Of a stretch of DNA of 64,000 nucleotides, positions 35,058-44,961 are shown piece after piece. The stretch comes from a virus. Lineage: Duplodnaviria > Caudoviricetes. A program made the translations under genes and the position numbers. Position 1 is the stretch's first letter. Every line of letters starts with the position of its first letter. The stretch lies in the IMG/VR virus record IMGVR_UViG_3300025653_000030, positions 1 to 64,000 of that record. The stretch is one strand, 5' to 3'. The notes beneath the pieces are model-generated. The model did not search any database, was not told the origin of the DNA, and was given only the letters and a program-made list of their open reading frames with translations.

Positions 35058-35548
35058 TGAAAGATGAATATCTAAATAACTGTACTACTTTGTTGAAAGA
35101 TAAATCAAAAAATTTATACATATATGTATCTACTACTATTTTAAGTAGAAGATATGAAATTACTGTAAATGCAAAATTACCAAATAATGTTTTATCAGAA
35201 ATATCAGAATTTATAAACGAAGTAGAATCAGAAAATGTTGTATTAATATGTAGAAGTGAAAAAGAACAATACACACAAGAGTTTCCAAAAAAAGAACAAA
35301 TAGAATTTATCAAATCTTCAACTAATAAAAATATATCTGTATTTTATCAAAACCCATGGCCCGAAAGTGTTCCTAGCTTTATAGATAAGGATACAACATT
35401 TATAAGATTTGGATATGATGAAGGATGTTTATTTGATAAACACATTGTAGATAAAAAATTTGAATCAAATAATAAAGATGGAACAAATCATTATTTGATT
35501 AACAAAAATAAATTAGTAAAATTAAAAAATGGAAAAACATTAACATGA
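35045..35548 (+). CDS. Hypothetical protein
   Basis: 167-aa ORF within the operon. Confidence 0.55.
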   Translation: MGLLMKDEYLNNCTTLLKDKSKNLYIYVSTTILSRRYEITVNAKLPNNVLSEISEFINEVESENVVLICRSEKEQYTQEFPKKEQIEFIKSSTNKNISVFYQNPWPESVPSFIDKDTTFIRFGYDEGCLFDKHIVDKKFESNNKDGTNHYLINKNKLVKLKNGKTLT

Positions 35549-36453
35549 ATAACTTAGACTTACAATACCAGCATTTACTTCAAGATATTCTTCTTGAAGG
35601 TAAAGAAAAAACCGATAGAACTGGTACAGGTACAATATCTGTTTTCGGTAAACAAATCAGACACAAAATGAGTGAAGGGTTTCCACTTCTTACAACAAAA
35701 AAGATGGCAATAAAATCAATCATGACAGAACTAAAATGGTTTCTCAAAGGAGATACTAATATAAAGTATCTTGTTGATAATGGATGTAATATTTGGAATG
35801 GGGATGCTTATAAAACTTATCAAAGAGCTTGTATGTATGAACTCGATAGAGATGAACTTACAATGGAAGAGTTTGTTAATAAAATAAAAAATGATTTTTC
35901 ATTTGCTAAAGTATGGGGAGAACTTGGTCCTGTTTATGGAAAACAATGGAGAAGGATAACTAAAAGATATGGTTCATCACCAACATATAAAGTAGACCAA
36001 ATTAAAAACCTTATAGAACTTATTAAAGAAAATCCTGATAGTAGAAGATTGATGGTAAACTCTTGGAATCCATCGGAGTTAGATGAGATGGTTTTGCCAC
36101 CTTGTCATTATGGATTTCAATGTTATGTAAACGATGGTAGATTATCACTATTATGGAATCAAAGAAGTGTTGATACTTTCTTAGGATTACCATTTAACAT
36201 TGCATCTTATGGAATGTTATTACTACTATTATGTGAAGAAACTAATTTAGAACCAGGTGAATTGATTGGTAACTTGGGTGATACTCACTTGTACAAAAAT
36301 CATTTAGAACAAGCTGAAGAACAGAGATTAAGAAAATCATTTCAATTACCAACTGTAAAATTATCAAATGTTGATATTTTAAATGGAGAATTTGATTATG
36401 AAATTATAGGATACCAATCACAGCCAACAATTAAAGCACCATTAAGTAATTAA
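35545..36453 (+). CDS. thyA: Thymidylate synthase
   Basis: DRTGTGT, FPLLTTKK, LPPCH, QRSVDTFLGLPFNIASY. Confidence 0.97.
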   Translation: MNNLDLQYQHLLQDILLEGKEKTDRTGTGTISVFGKQIRHKMSEGFPLLTTKKMAIKSIMTELKWFLKGDTNIKYLVDNGCNIWNGDAYKTYQRACMYELDRDELTMEEFVNKIKNDFSFAKVWGELGPVYGKQWRRITKRYGSSPTYKVDQIKNLIELIKENPDSRRLMVNSWNPSELDEMVLPPCHYGFQCYVNDGRLSLLWNQRSVDTFLGLPFNIASYGMLLLLLCEETNLEPGELIGNLGDTHLYKNHLEQAEEQRLRKSFQLPTVKLSNVDILNGEFDYEIIGYQSQPTIKAPLSN

Positions 36454-36459
36454 AAAAAT

Positions 36460-37443
36460 ATGAGAACAGCAGAATGTGTTTCACCGAAACATCCAGACAA
36501 AATGTGTGATAGAATTTCAGACACACTATTAGATTTACATTTAGAACAAGACCCGAACTCACGATGTGCAATTGAAACTTGTGGAGGGAATGGTAAAGTT
36601 TTTATAACAGGAGAAGTTACCTCTCAAGCAGATGTATCAGAGGATGATATCAAAACTATCGTACATAATATATCAGGTGTAGAAGATGTAATAATTCATT
36701 TAAATCAACAATCACCAGAGATTGCTCAAGGAGTTGATACTGGTGGTGCAGGAGACCAAGGTATTATGATTGGTTATGCTTGTCAAGAAACAGATAACCT
36801 TATGCCTTTTGAGTATGAACATGCTCGTAGGTTAAACAAATTAATATACCAACATTTTCCATATGATGGTAAAACTCAAGTTACCATCAATGGTAGTGAT
36901 GTAACCGCAGTTGCTTCATTTCAAAATGCAAAAGCTTCTGATTTAAACGAACTTGTTCATCAGTACTTTAGAGAAACTGATTTTAATGTAACAACAACCC
37001 ATTGCAATCCCGCAGGTGATTGGAATATTGGTGGTTTTGAAGCCGATGCTGGATTGACTGGTAGAAAACTTGCGGTTGATAATTATGGCCCAAGAGTTCC
37101 ACTTGGCGGAGGTGCATTTAGTGGAAAGGACTCTACTAAAGTTGATAGAAGTGCGGCTTACATGGCTCGAAAAATTGCTGTTGATGCATTAAGAGAACAT
37201 CAATTACAATATGCTCTTGTAGAGTTATCATATGCAATTGGATATCCACAACCAATTCAAGCGGCAATTAAAGGAAACAGAGATGGTATTAATATAGAAA
37301 CTGGTCTATATTTTGAATATGTTGATAGAGAAAAATATGATTTATCACCAAAGGGAATTATAGATTTCTTAGATTTAAGAAAACCAATATTTGGGAAAAC
37401 AGCAGAGTACGGACATATGGGTGCTGGTTTTTCATGGGAGTAA
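36460..37443 (+). CDS. metK: S-adenosylmethionine synthetase
   Basis: ECVSPKHPDKMCDRISD, GAGDQG, DGKTQV, GLTGRKL, GGGAFSGKDSTKVDRSAAY. Confidence 0.95.
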   Translation: MRTAECVSPKHPDKMCDRISDTLLDLHLEQDPNSRCAIETCGGNGKVFITGEVTSQADVSEDDIKTIVHNISGVEDVIIHLNQQSPEIAQGVDTGGAGDQGIMIGYACQETDNLMPFEYEHARRLNKLIYQHFPYDGKTQVTINGSDVTAVASFQNAKASDLNELVHQYFRETDFNVTTTHCNPAGDWNIGGFEADAGLTGRKLAVDNYGPRVPLGGGAFSGKDSTKVDRSAAYMARKIAVDALREHQLQYALVELSYAIGYPQPIQAAIKGNRDGINIETGLYFEYVDREKYDLSPKGIIDFLDLRKPIFGKTAEYGHMGAGFSWE

Positions 37444-37444
37444 T

Positions 37445-38155
37445 ATGATAGAATTAATTTACACATTTACAAAGAAGTTATCAACTGATAATAAGTTAGA
37501 AGAAATTGTAAACATTTACAAACATTCTTACAACTTAAACTCATCGTATCATAAAGTTATTTTATATACAGATGATGAATCAAAATATCTTTTCGAAAAA
37601 GATTTTAAAGATATAATAATTGAAGATACTTCTGATGTGTATTTTTATGATGATTTAAAATATAAAGTTTTACCTAAGTTAAAAGCAAACCAATTATTAA
37701 CAGATGGAGATATTTGGTTATCTGATATGATTGAATTTGAATACAACTCACCTATTCTTTGTGATGTTACTATGAAAATATTAGGTAGAAAATATTATAA
37801 AGAAATTCCAAAAATATTAATAGATAGAGGTATTAAAAAAATTATACCATATTTTAATTCAAATATAGAACCGATTCCAAATATTGGATTTTTAAAATTT
37901 AAATCTAAAAAAATGGAATCAAATTATTTAAGTGATTATTATAAATTAAGAAGTTTTGTAATTGATAATTGTTTAGATTTAGAAAATACATATGGTAAGT
38001 TAAATCTATCTGCAGTAATAGCACAATATTTACTTGGGTGTTTTAATACAAATATACAATCACTTCGTTATGATAATTCTTATGTACATTATAGTGGTGA
38101 TGAAAAATATAAACAATCTTTTATGAAAAGATTTGAATCTAAAAAATTAATATGA
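37445..38155 (+). CDS. Hypothetical protein, possibly a GT-A-like nucleotide-sugar transferase
   Basis: VILYTD, LLTDGDIWL (DxD), PNIGFL, YVHYSG; ATG at 37445 preferred. Confidence 0.5.
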   Translation: MIELIYTFTKKLSTDNKLEEIVNIYKHSYNLNSSYHKVILYTDDESKYLFEKDFKDIIIEDTSDVYFYDDLKYKVLPKLKANQLLTDGDIWLSDMIEFEYNSPILCDVTMKILGRKYYKEIPKILIDRGIKKIIPYFNSNIEPIPNIGFLKFKSKKMESNYLSDYYKLRSFVIDNCLDLENTYGKLNLSAVIAQYLLGCFNTNIQSLRYDNSYVHYSGDEKYKQSFMKRFESKKLI

Positions 38156-38655
38156 TAACATCTAATTCAATATTTACAATAGAAGAATGTAATGAGATTG
38201 TTGGATTTTTAAAAACAGCAGACCATCTCTTTGAGAAACAAAATAAAGATAATATGAGTTACTCTAAATGGCATCTCAATGACCATTCTTTTAAATATAA
38301 AAACAGACTTCAAGAATATGTAAATAATAAATTAAACATATCTTCAAAAGATACTGATATAATTTTTATAAAATATTCTAAAGATGATTACATGGGAACT
38401 CATGTTGATAAAAATAATGAAAGTGAATATCACAGAGATTCTATGTATAATTTTAATGTACGATTGAATGATGATTTCGAAGGAGGTGAATTTAAATTAA
38501 AGAATAAAAAGTTTATAGCACCAATCGGAACTATTTATCATTATTCATCAAGTACTCCACATAGTGTAACAAAAATAAAAAAAGGTACAAGATATATGTT
38601 ATTGTTTTATCTTAGAGAAAGAAATGTAACTGATTTCAAAAAAAGTATTATTTAA
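38152..38655 (+). CDS. 2OG-Fe(II) oxygenase (prolyl-4-hydroxylase-like)
   Basis: HVD, LNDDFEGGEF, PHSVTKIKKGTRY. Confidence 0.85.
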   Translation: MITSNSIFTIEECNEIVGFLKTADHLFEKQNKDNMSYSKWHLNDHSFKYKNRLQEYVNNKLNISSKDTDIIFIKYSKDDYMGTHVDKNNESEYHRDSMYNFNVRLNDDFEGGEFKLKNKKFIAPIGTIYHYSSSTPHSVTKIKKGTRYMLLFYLRERNVTDFKKSII

Positions 38656-38687
38656 TTTGGAATTGTAAAATAATTTTCGTATATTTG
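38655..38687 (+). promoter_or_regulatory. Early-type promoter
   Basis: ATTTG-N20-TATATTTG. Confidence 0.75.
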
Positions 38688-38705
38688 TATAACAAATAGT
38701 TTAAA

Positions 38706-39179
38706 ATGGCAAAAAAATATAAAGTAATTTTAATAAGTGGCGGATTTGACCCTGTTCATAAAGGCCATATCGAGTGTATCCAAAACGCTAAAAAGTTAGC
38801 GGATGAGGTTTGGATAGGTCTAAATAACGATAGTTGGTTATATAGAAAAAAAGGGAAACAATTTATGAAAGAAGATGAAAGAGCTTTTATAATGGAATCC
38901 TTAAGAGATGTGGATTATGTTTATATAATGAATCCACTCATACATGGAGATGATACAGCAATTGATTTCATAGACCATGCAAGAAGGAAGTATATACACG
39001 AAAATGGTGATTTACCAAAAGGTGTAATGGCATTTGGTAATGGTGGTGATAGAACTGAAACAACCACACCAGAGAATGATGTATGTAATTCATATGGAAT
39101 AGAATCAGTATGGGGATTGGGAGATAAGATTCAATCTTCATCATGGTTATTAGAAAAATATTTAAATATGGCAGAGTAA
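38706..39179 (+). CDS. Cytidylyltransferase-like protein (RfaE-C/TagD family)
   Basis: SGGFDPVHKGH (HxGH), FGNGGDR, KIQSSSWLL. Confidence 0.88.
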   Translation: MAKKYKVILISGGFDPVHKGHIECIQNAKKLADEVWIGLNNDSWLYRKKGKQFMKEDERAFIMESLRDVDYVYIMNPLIHGDDTAIDFIDHARRKYIHENGDLPKGVMAFGNGGDRTETTTPENDVCNSYGIESVWGLGDKIQSSSWLLEKYLNMAE

Positions 39180-39183
39180 AAAA

Positions 39184-39420
39184 ATGAAAGTAGATATTAA
39201 ACCTTTAGTAGAAAATACACCAAACGATTCAGAGTTAGGTGCAAAAGTTAGAAAAATTTATTGGGATAGAATAGATAAAATTAATAAACTTGATAAATGG
39301 GGAGGTACTATCTACGAATCACCAGATGGTGGTAAAACTATTTATGAAAGACCATTTGGCTCTGATATATCAGAAAGAAAATTAGTAAAAGACAAAACAC
39401 AATTAAATTTATTCGAATGA
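39184..39420 (+). CDS. Hypothetical protein
   Basis: PNDSELGAKVR and IYESPDGGKTIY motifs. Confidence 0.6.
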   Translation: MKVDIKPLVENTPNDSELGAKVRKIYWDRIDKINKLDKWGGTIYESPDGGKTIYERPFGSDISERKLVKDKTQLNLFE

Positions 39421-40034
39421 GATTAGTTAAAGACCCAAATAAATTAAGAAAGGCATTAGAATCTAAGCCTATAAACCAAGAAGATATTGATAAGATATCA
39501 ACAACTCTTCTACAAGAATTAACAAGACATGGTGGTATCGGATTATCGGCAAACCAAATTGGTTTAGATGTTCGTGCCTGTGTAATTAATGTTAAAGAAC
39601 CTTTGGTTTTAATTAATCCAAAAGTAGTTGAAGTTTCAAAAGATACAGTTGCTTATGTAGAACAATGTTTATCTTTAGAAAAGACAATGCGTAAACCAGT
39701 TAAAACAGTAAGACATAAATCATTTACAGTAGAGTGTGATAACTTAGGTACTGTATTATTTTCACCAGATAAAAAAGATGGCCCTTGGAAAGACTCTAAT
39801 GAGTTCTTTTCTGATGAGGGATTATTGGAATGTGTTGTAGCACAACATGAGATAGACCATCTTAATGGAGTTCTGATTACAGACCCTTCACGAAGATATA
39901 CAGAAACAATCACACGAGGAAAGAAATATGGTAGAAACGAAAGGGTAATGGTAAAATTATCCGATGGAACTACTGAATTTATGAAATACAAAAAGGCTGA
40001 ACCTCTACTTTCAGAGGGAGCTGAAATCTTATAA
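39417..40034 (+). CDS. def: Peptide deformylase
   Basis: GGIGLSANQIG, EQCLS (EGCLS variant), QHEIDHLNG. Confidence 0.92.
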   Translation: MRLVKDPNKLRKALESKPINQEDIDKISTTLLQELTRHGGIGLSANQIGLDVRACVINVKEPLVLINPKVVEVSKDTVAYVEQCLSLEKTMRKPVKTVRHKSFTVECDNLGTVLFSPDKKDGPWKDSNEFFSDEGLLECVVAQHEIDHLNGVLITDPSRRYTETITRGKKYGRNERVMVKLSDGTTEFMKYKKAEPLLSEGAEIL

Positions 40035-40046
40035 AGAAACGAAAAC

Positions 40047-40319
40047 ATGGGAAAACTTATATTTAGCTATACAGACAAGGAGTTTATTGAATACCAAAGA
40101 GAGGCAAACAAAATAGAATTAGATGTGCCTGATGATATGGATATCAATGAATTTAAAGTGATTTGTGTAAGAATGGCATCAGCCATGGGTTATGGTAATA
40201 AATCAATTACAAAAGCATTTGGTGACTTAGTCTACGGAACAGAAGATAAAGATAATTTAAAAGATTTATTAGATGAACTCAATATCACAAAGATTGGCAA
40301 TAAAAAGATTAAACGATAA
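40047..40319 (+). CDS. Hypothetical protein
   Basis: 90-aa ORF. Confidence 0.6.
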   Translation: MGKLIFSYTDKEFIEYQREANKIELDVPDDMDINEFKVICVRMASAMGYGNKSITKAFGDLVYGTEDKDNLKDLLDELNITKIGNKKIKR

Positions 40320-40530
40320 AGTTTTAACTCAAACTATACTCGTCCAAACTCTTGTTGATATTATTATTAATAGTGGAATAGTTACCGAACAAGAATTGGA
40401 AAAACAAATAGAAAAAAACATAGAGCAAACTACAAAGTTACTCGAAAGTTTTGAAAAAATGTCTTCAATCGAAGAATCCGAAGATGAAGTTATGAGTACT
40501 ATGTACTTTGGCCCTCAAGGGGAAGCTTAA
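40273..40530 (+). CDS. Hypothetical protein
   Basis: 85-aa ORF. Confidence 0.55.
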   Translation: MNSISQRLAIKRLNDKVLTQTILVQTLVDIIINSGIVTEQELEKQIEKNIEQTTKLLESFEKMSSIEESEDEVMSTMYFGPQGEA

Positions 40531-40546
40531 AAATTTATTACTTTTT

Positions 40547-40579
40547 GCTTGGATATATCGAAAATTTTTCGTATATTAG
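40547..40579 (+). promoter_or_regulatory. Early-type promoter
   Basis: GCTTG-N20-TATATTAG. Confidence 0.75.
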
Positions 40580-40613
40580 TGGAAGTAATTTGTTTATCAA
40601 AAGGTAAAACCGT

Positions 40614-41213
40614 ATGAAAAGACGAATAATATTTACGATGATAGTTTCACTATTATCGTTTGGAATGATAGATTCCGCAATGACAAACGATATACCTTCT
40701 TCTGTATCGTTAGAAAAATTAGAAGAAGAAAGACTACTTCGAGAGATAGAAGAAAAAAGGCTCGAAGAAGAGAGAATCAAACAATATCATGAGGATGAAC
40801 TACAAAGATTCCTAACTGATATAGGACACAGAGAAAGTGGTAACAGATATGATATCACAAACACTTGGGGATATATGGGTAGATATCAATTCGGTAAATC
40901 AACATTAAAAGGTTTAGGATTTGAAGTTACCAAAAAAGAATTCCTCAATAATCCACAACTACAAGATTCAGCTATGATGGCTTTATTAAATCACAACAAA
41001 GAAAAATTACAAAACTATATTGATATTTTCGATGGTAAAACTATTAATGGTATGTATGTTTCTGAAAGTGGTATATTAGCCGCTGCACATCTTGGAGGAC
41101 AAGGCTCTGTAAAAAGGTATTTTAAGAAAGGTAAAGTATTCTCAGATGCCTATGGTACAAAAATAACATCGTATATGAAACAGTTTAGTGGATACGATAT
41201 AAAATTAAATTAA
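40614..41213 (+). CDS. Signal-anchored lysozyme-like (transglycosylase-fold) protein
   Basis: N-terminal hydrophobic segment; HRESG..YMGRYQFG..ILAAAHLGG. Confidence 0.7.
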   Translation: MKRRIIFTMIVSLLSFGMIDSAMTNDIPSSVSLEKLEEERLLREIEEKRLEEERIKQYHEDELQRFLTDIGHRESGNRYDITNTWGYMGRYQFGKSTLKGLGFEVTKKEFLNNPQLQDSAMMALLNHNKEKLQNYIDIFDGKTINGMYVSESGILAAAHLGGQGSVKRYFKKGKVFSDAYGTKITSYMKQFSGYDIKLN

Positions 41214-41217
41214 AGTT

Positions 41218-41493
41218 ATGATAGAATTATTAACAACCTATAATATTATTATAGGAGTTTCCGCCGTATTCAATATTGTTTTACTTATTGGAGTACGAAA
41301 CTTATTGCGTCAAAATGAACAACTCGAAGATAGATTAATAAAAACAATTGATGAAACAAGAGAGGCTGTATCAAAATCACTTGAACAAATGAGACAACTC
41401 GATAACAGAGAAGTTTTTGAAAAGGATGATGAGGTTGGAGTTACTTTCAACGAATTAAAAAAAGTAGTACAAGATTTAAACAACGAATTATAA
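41218..41493 (+). CDS. TM plus coiled-coil protein
   Basis: N-terminal TM and heptads. Confidence 0.6.
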   Translation: MIELLTTYNIIIGVSAVFNIVLLIGVRNLLRQNEQLEDRLIKTIDETREAVSKSLEQMRQLDNREVFEKDDEVGVTFNELKKVVQDLNNEL

Positions 41494-41494
41494 T

Positions 41495-42265
41495 ATGCCA
41501 CGACCAAGAAGAAAGAAATCCAAAATATATTTTGGTACACCTGCTCAAGAAGCAATAATTGAATATAACAAATGTAAAGACCCAGCTGAAAGGTCTAAAA
41601 TTTACGAAGAAAGAATTAAATATCCTTTTGAAAAATTAGCAGAGAATGTTTTAAATACATTTAAGTTTTCATATTTTGATGTATCCAAAAAAGATATACA
41701 AACAGAAGTAGTTTCTACAATGGTAGAAAAAATGCATATGTTTAAAGAAGGTAAGGGTAGAGCCTTTTCTTACTTTACTATTATTGCAAAGAACCATTTG
41801 ATTTTAAAGAACAATGGTAACTACAAAAGATGGAAACAAAATTCATTACTATCAGCAATGCCAGAAACATGGAATCCTGAAAATGATTTTTTCGAATCAG
41901 AAGAAAATAATGAGTTTAAAGAATTTAAACAAATAATGTTAAATTATTGGGATAGAAATTTAAATGTTGTTTTTAACAAAAAAAGAGATTTACAAATAGC
42001 AGATGCAATACTTGAATTATTTAGAAGAAGTGAACATATAGAAAACTTTAATAAAAAACATTTATATCTTCTAATCAGAGAAATGACCGATTGTAAAACT
42101 CACTACATTACTAAAGTTGTAAATGTAATGAAAACACATCAAAAAAGAATGTTGAATGAATATCTTGAATATGGAGAGTTCAACGAAAAAAGAAACAACT
42201 CTTTTTGGAATAAAGAAGAACCAATTGAAGATGAAAATCCATTTATAGATAATGAATATTTATAA
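41495..42265 (+). CDS. Phage sigma factor (T4 gp55-like late sigma)
   Basis: YFGT..EAIIEYN start and KGRAFSYFTIIAKN, resembling sigma region 2 of gp55-like proteins. Confidence 0.65.
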   Translation: MPRPRRKKSKIYFGTPAQEAIIEYNKCKDPAERSKIYEERIKYPFEKLAENVLNTFKFSYFDVSKKDIQTEVVSTMVEKMHMFKEGKGRAFSYFTIIAKNHLILKNNGNYKRWKQNSLLSAMPETWNPENDFFESEENNEFKEFKQIMLNYWDRNLNVVFNKKRDLQIADAILELFRRSEHIENFNKKHLYLLIREMTDCKTHYITKVVNVMKTHQKRMLNEYLEYGEFNEKRNNSFWNKEEPIEDENPFIDNEYL

Positions 42266-42267
42266 TA

Positions 42268-43992
42268 ATGAAGAAAGGTTATATTTTAGGAATAAGTTGT
42301 GGATATCATGATTCAGCCGCCTCTCTAATAGATGTAAGGACAGGTAGAGTTTTAGGTGCTTGTGAAGAAGAAAGATTTACAGGTATCAAACACGATTATT
42401 CTTTTCCTCAAAATACAATTGATTGGCTTTTTAGAACTTATAAAGTTAACAATGATGAAGTAGAGGCTATTTGTTTTTATGAAAATCCTGATTTAAAGAT
42501 TGATAGAATACATCAAACTACTAAACGAGGTGGAATATTTAATTTTTTCAAAAGAAGAAATATACTTAAAAGAAATAATTTAGAGTATAAAAAAACAGAT
42601 TCTTTAATAAAAAAAATAGGTGATAAGAATACAAAGATTACATACTTAGACCATCACCTATCTCACTTATCATATTCCTATTATACATCTCCATTTGAAT
42701 CAAGTGCATTATTATCGGTTGATGGTGTTGGTGAATGGGAAACTACTTCATTGGCATTTGGTGATAATAAAAGTATTAAAAAGTTTTCATCTATACAATA
42801 TCCTCATTCACTTGGTATGTTGTATTCAACAATAACTGCATTCTTAGGATTCAAACCAAACGAAGGTGAATATAAAGTTATGGGATTGGCTCCTTATGGT
42901 ACTCATGTATTTTATGAAAAAAAGTTCAACGAGTTAATTAAAGAAACTCAAAATGGATATGAACTTAATATGGAATACTTTGAATATGATTGGTCTGATT
43001 CACATATGTTTAATGAGAAATTAGGACAACTATTTGAAATACCGAATAGATTACCAGATGAACCTCTTACTGATAAACATAAAAATATAGCGGCTGCTTT
43101 ACAATACACATACGAGAAACATTTTTTTAAACTTCTTGATACATTGTATAATACAACCAAATCCGAAAACTTATGTTTAAGTGGTGGATGTGCTTACAAT
43201 GGAACGGCGAATGGAAAGATATTAGAAAAAACAAAATTTAAAAACTTATACATTCCACCAGCTCCATCCGATGCTGGTTCTGCAATTGGATGTGCTTTAC
43301 ACTATCTATATAATAAAGATGTAGAGGTTGTAACTAATTTAAGATTCAATAACTCAGTTCCTTTCTTAGGCCCACAATATTCTAATAATGAAATAGCAGA
43401 AGTACTTTCTGAATTTGAAAAGGATGTTTACTATGAAAAGAAACTCATGGAACAAATTACAGATGTTGTTTCAGATGAAATCATTGATGGTAATGTTATT
43501 GGTTGGGTTCAAGGAAGAATGGAATTTGGTGCAAGAGCATTGGGTAATCGTTCTATACTTGCAAATCCAAGAGACCCTCAAATGAAATCGAGATTAAATC
43601 GTATGATTAAAAAGAGAGAAGGATTCAGACCCTTTGCTCCAATTGTAAAAGAAGATAAATCAAACTTATATTTTAACTATGAAGATACTGTTCCATATAT
43701 GAATCAAGTAGTAAAAGTAAAAGATGAATTTGTAGAAGAACTACCATCAATAACCCATGTTGATAACTCGGCTAGAATTCAAACATTAAATAAACTTCAA
43801 AATAGATATGTGTACGAGTTGTTAGATAAGTTAGAATCTAAAAACAAATTTCCAATTGTAATTAATACCTCATTCAATTTAAAAGACCAAACAATGGTTT
43901 TAACTCCAACCGATGCAATTAAAACATTTCTAAATTGTGAAATGGACACTCTTGTATTAGGAAACTATATCGTAAAAAAGAAAATACTTTAA
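42268..43992 (+). CDS. Carbamoyltransferase (NodU/CmcH family)
   Basis: LGISCGYHDSAA, EEERF, HHLSH, DGVGE, EGEYKVMGLAPYG, SGGCAYN, EFGARALGNRSIL, KREGFRPFAP, NTSFN. Confidence 0.95.
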   Translation: MKKGYILGISCGYHDSAASLIDVRTGRVLGACEEERFTGIKHDYSFPQNTIDWLFRTYKVNNDEVEAICFYENPDLKIDRIHQTTKRGGIFNFFKRRNILKRNNLEYKKTDSLIKKIGDKNTKITYLDHHLSHLSYSYYTSPFESSALLSVDGVGEWETTSLAFGDNKSIKKFSSIQYPHSLGMLYSTITAFLGFKPNEGEYKVMGLAPYGTHVFYEKKFNELIKETQNGYELNMEYFEYDWSDSHMFNEKLGQLFEIPNRLPDEPLTDKHKNIAAALQYTYEKHFFKLLDTLYNTTKSENLCLSGGCAYNGTANGKILEKTKFKNLYIPPAPSDAGSAIGCALHYLYNKDVEVVTNLRFNNSVPFLGPQYSNNEIAEVLSEFEKDVYYEKKLMEQITDVVSDEIIDGNVIGWVQGRMEFGARALGNRSILANPRDPQMKSRLNRMIKKREGFRPFAPIVKEDKSNLYFNYEDTVPYMNQVVKVKDEFVEELPSITHVDNSARIQTLNKLQNRYVYELLDKLESKNKFPIVINTSFNLKDQTMVLTPTDAIKTFLNCEMDTLVLGNYIVKKKIL

Positions 43993-44049
43993 TTTTACAA
44001 TTTGGTAACAATTTCTTAACATTGGTATATTTATACTAAAGGAGGAATT

Positions 44050-44427
44050 ATGAATGAACAATTACTTAAAGTAAAGGTTGTTCAAATAATAGCAATCCTA
44101 TTATTTTCTCTGTGTACCATTCCGCTCTTCGGACAAGAATCCAAAGTTATTACACAGGTAGACAACAATCTTTACGAGTATAGAGCTTACAACGAAGATG
44201 GTTCTATACACCAAAAAGGAACTTACATCGGAACAGAAGATGGCAAATTATTAGTCCACTCTTATTGGAGTGATGATGTAGGAACAAAGGCTTTGTATAA
44301 CAAAGGAAAGTTAGTTTGGATTAAACCTAAAGGACAACCTCGTTATACTTATGAAGAGATAGAGTTCGAACAAATGAAGGCTCGTATCGCATTCTTAGAA
44401 AATAAACTGGCAAGTTATATGCCCTAA
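44050..44427 (+). CDS. Secreted hypothetical protein
   Basis: Signal peptide; preceded by TATTTATA (44028) and a rare GGAGG. Confidence 0.6.
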   Translation: MNEQLLKVKVVQIIAILLFSLCTIPLFGQESKVITQVDNNLYEYRAYNEDGSIHQKGTYIGTEDGKLLVHSYWSDDVGTKALYNKGKLVWIKPKGQPRYTYEEIEFEQMKARIAFLENKLASYMP

Positions 44428-44456
44428 TCGTAATTCAAAGTGATTAGTACAGTTTC

Positions 44457-44483
44457 AACCCCTCACAACAGAGGGGTTTTTTT
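44457..44483 (+). terminator. Rho-independent terminator
   Basis: AACCCCTC-ACAACA-GAGGGGTT plus T-run. Confidence 0.85.
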
Positions 44484-44629
44484 ATTGACACCCAATATTG
44501 TTTGCCCATTGGGTGTGAAAATCAAAAATGAACTTTTTATTTCATATATATCATAGTTATTAGTGGATATCCCAATGTTTTGCAAGATGGAAAAGTTATT
44601 AACATTAATTAAAACAAAAGGAGAAACAT

Positions 44630-44860
44630 ATGGAATTTTTGAAAAAAATCGGCTCTTGGGCTGATGAATTAACAAAAATTGGTATTAGTATCGTTGCCTT
44701 AGGAGTTGTACTTGAAGTATTATTCAAAGGAGCAAACATCCCATTCTGGCCAGAAGTATCAGTAGTTGATAACATCATGGGCATTTTAGGAAGTTTGAGT
44801 GCTGAAGGTCTATTAGGACTAGTTGGTGCTTTCGTACTTTACCATATAATCAAGAAGTAA
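44630..44860 (+). CDS. Small two-TM membrane protein (holin-like size and topology)
   Basis: 76 aa, two hydrophobic helices, own terminator. Confidence 0.55.
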   Translation: MEFLKKIGSWADELTKIGISIVALGVVLEVLFKGANIPFWPEVSVVDNIMGILGSLSAEGLLGLVGAFVLYHIIKK

Positions 44861-44896
44861 TAATTACTAATTGATTCCATAACGCGTTAACAATTT

Positions 44897-44922
44897 AAAA
44901 CCTCTCTTCGGAGAGGTTTTTT
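44897..44922 (+). terminator. Rho-independent terminator
   Basis: CCTCTC-TTCG-GAGAGG plus T6. Confidence 0.9.
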
Positions 44923-44931
44923 ATTTTACCA

Positions 44932-44939
44932 TATTTATA
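44932..44939 (+). promoter_or_regulatory. Late-type motif TATTTATA at the start of the baseplate operon
   Basis: Directly after a terminator, 23 nt upstream of the ATG at 44962. Confidence 0.7.
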
Positions 44940-44961
44940 TACAACATAATATGGTATAATC

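Noticed and set aside
35545-36453. dCMP hydroxymethylase (cytosine hypermodification) instead of ThyA
   Set aside because: It keeps PFNIASY with the dUMP-specifying Asn and all canonical ThyA motifs.
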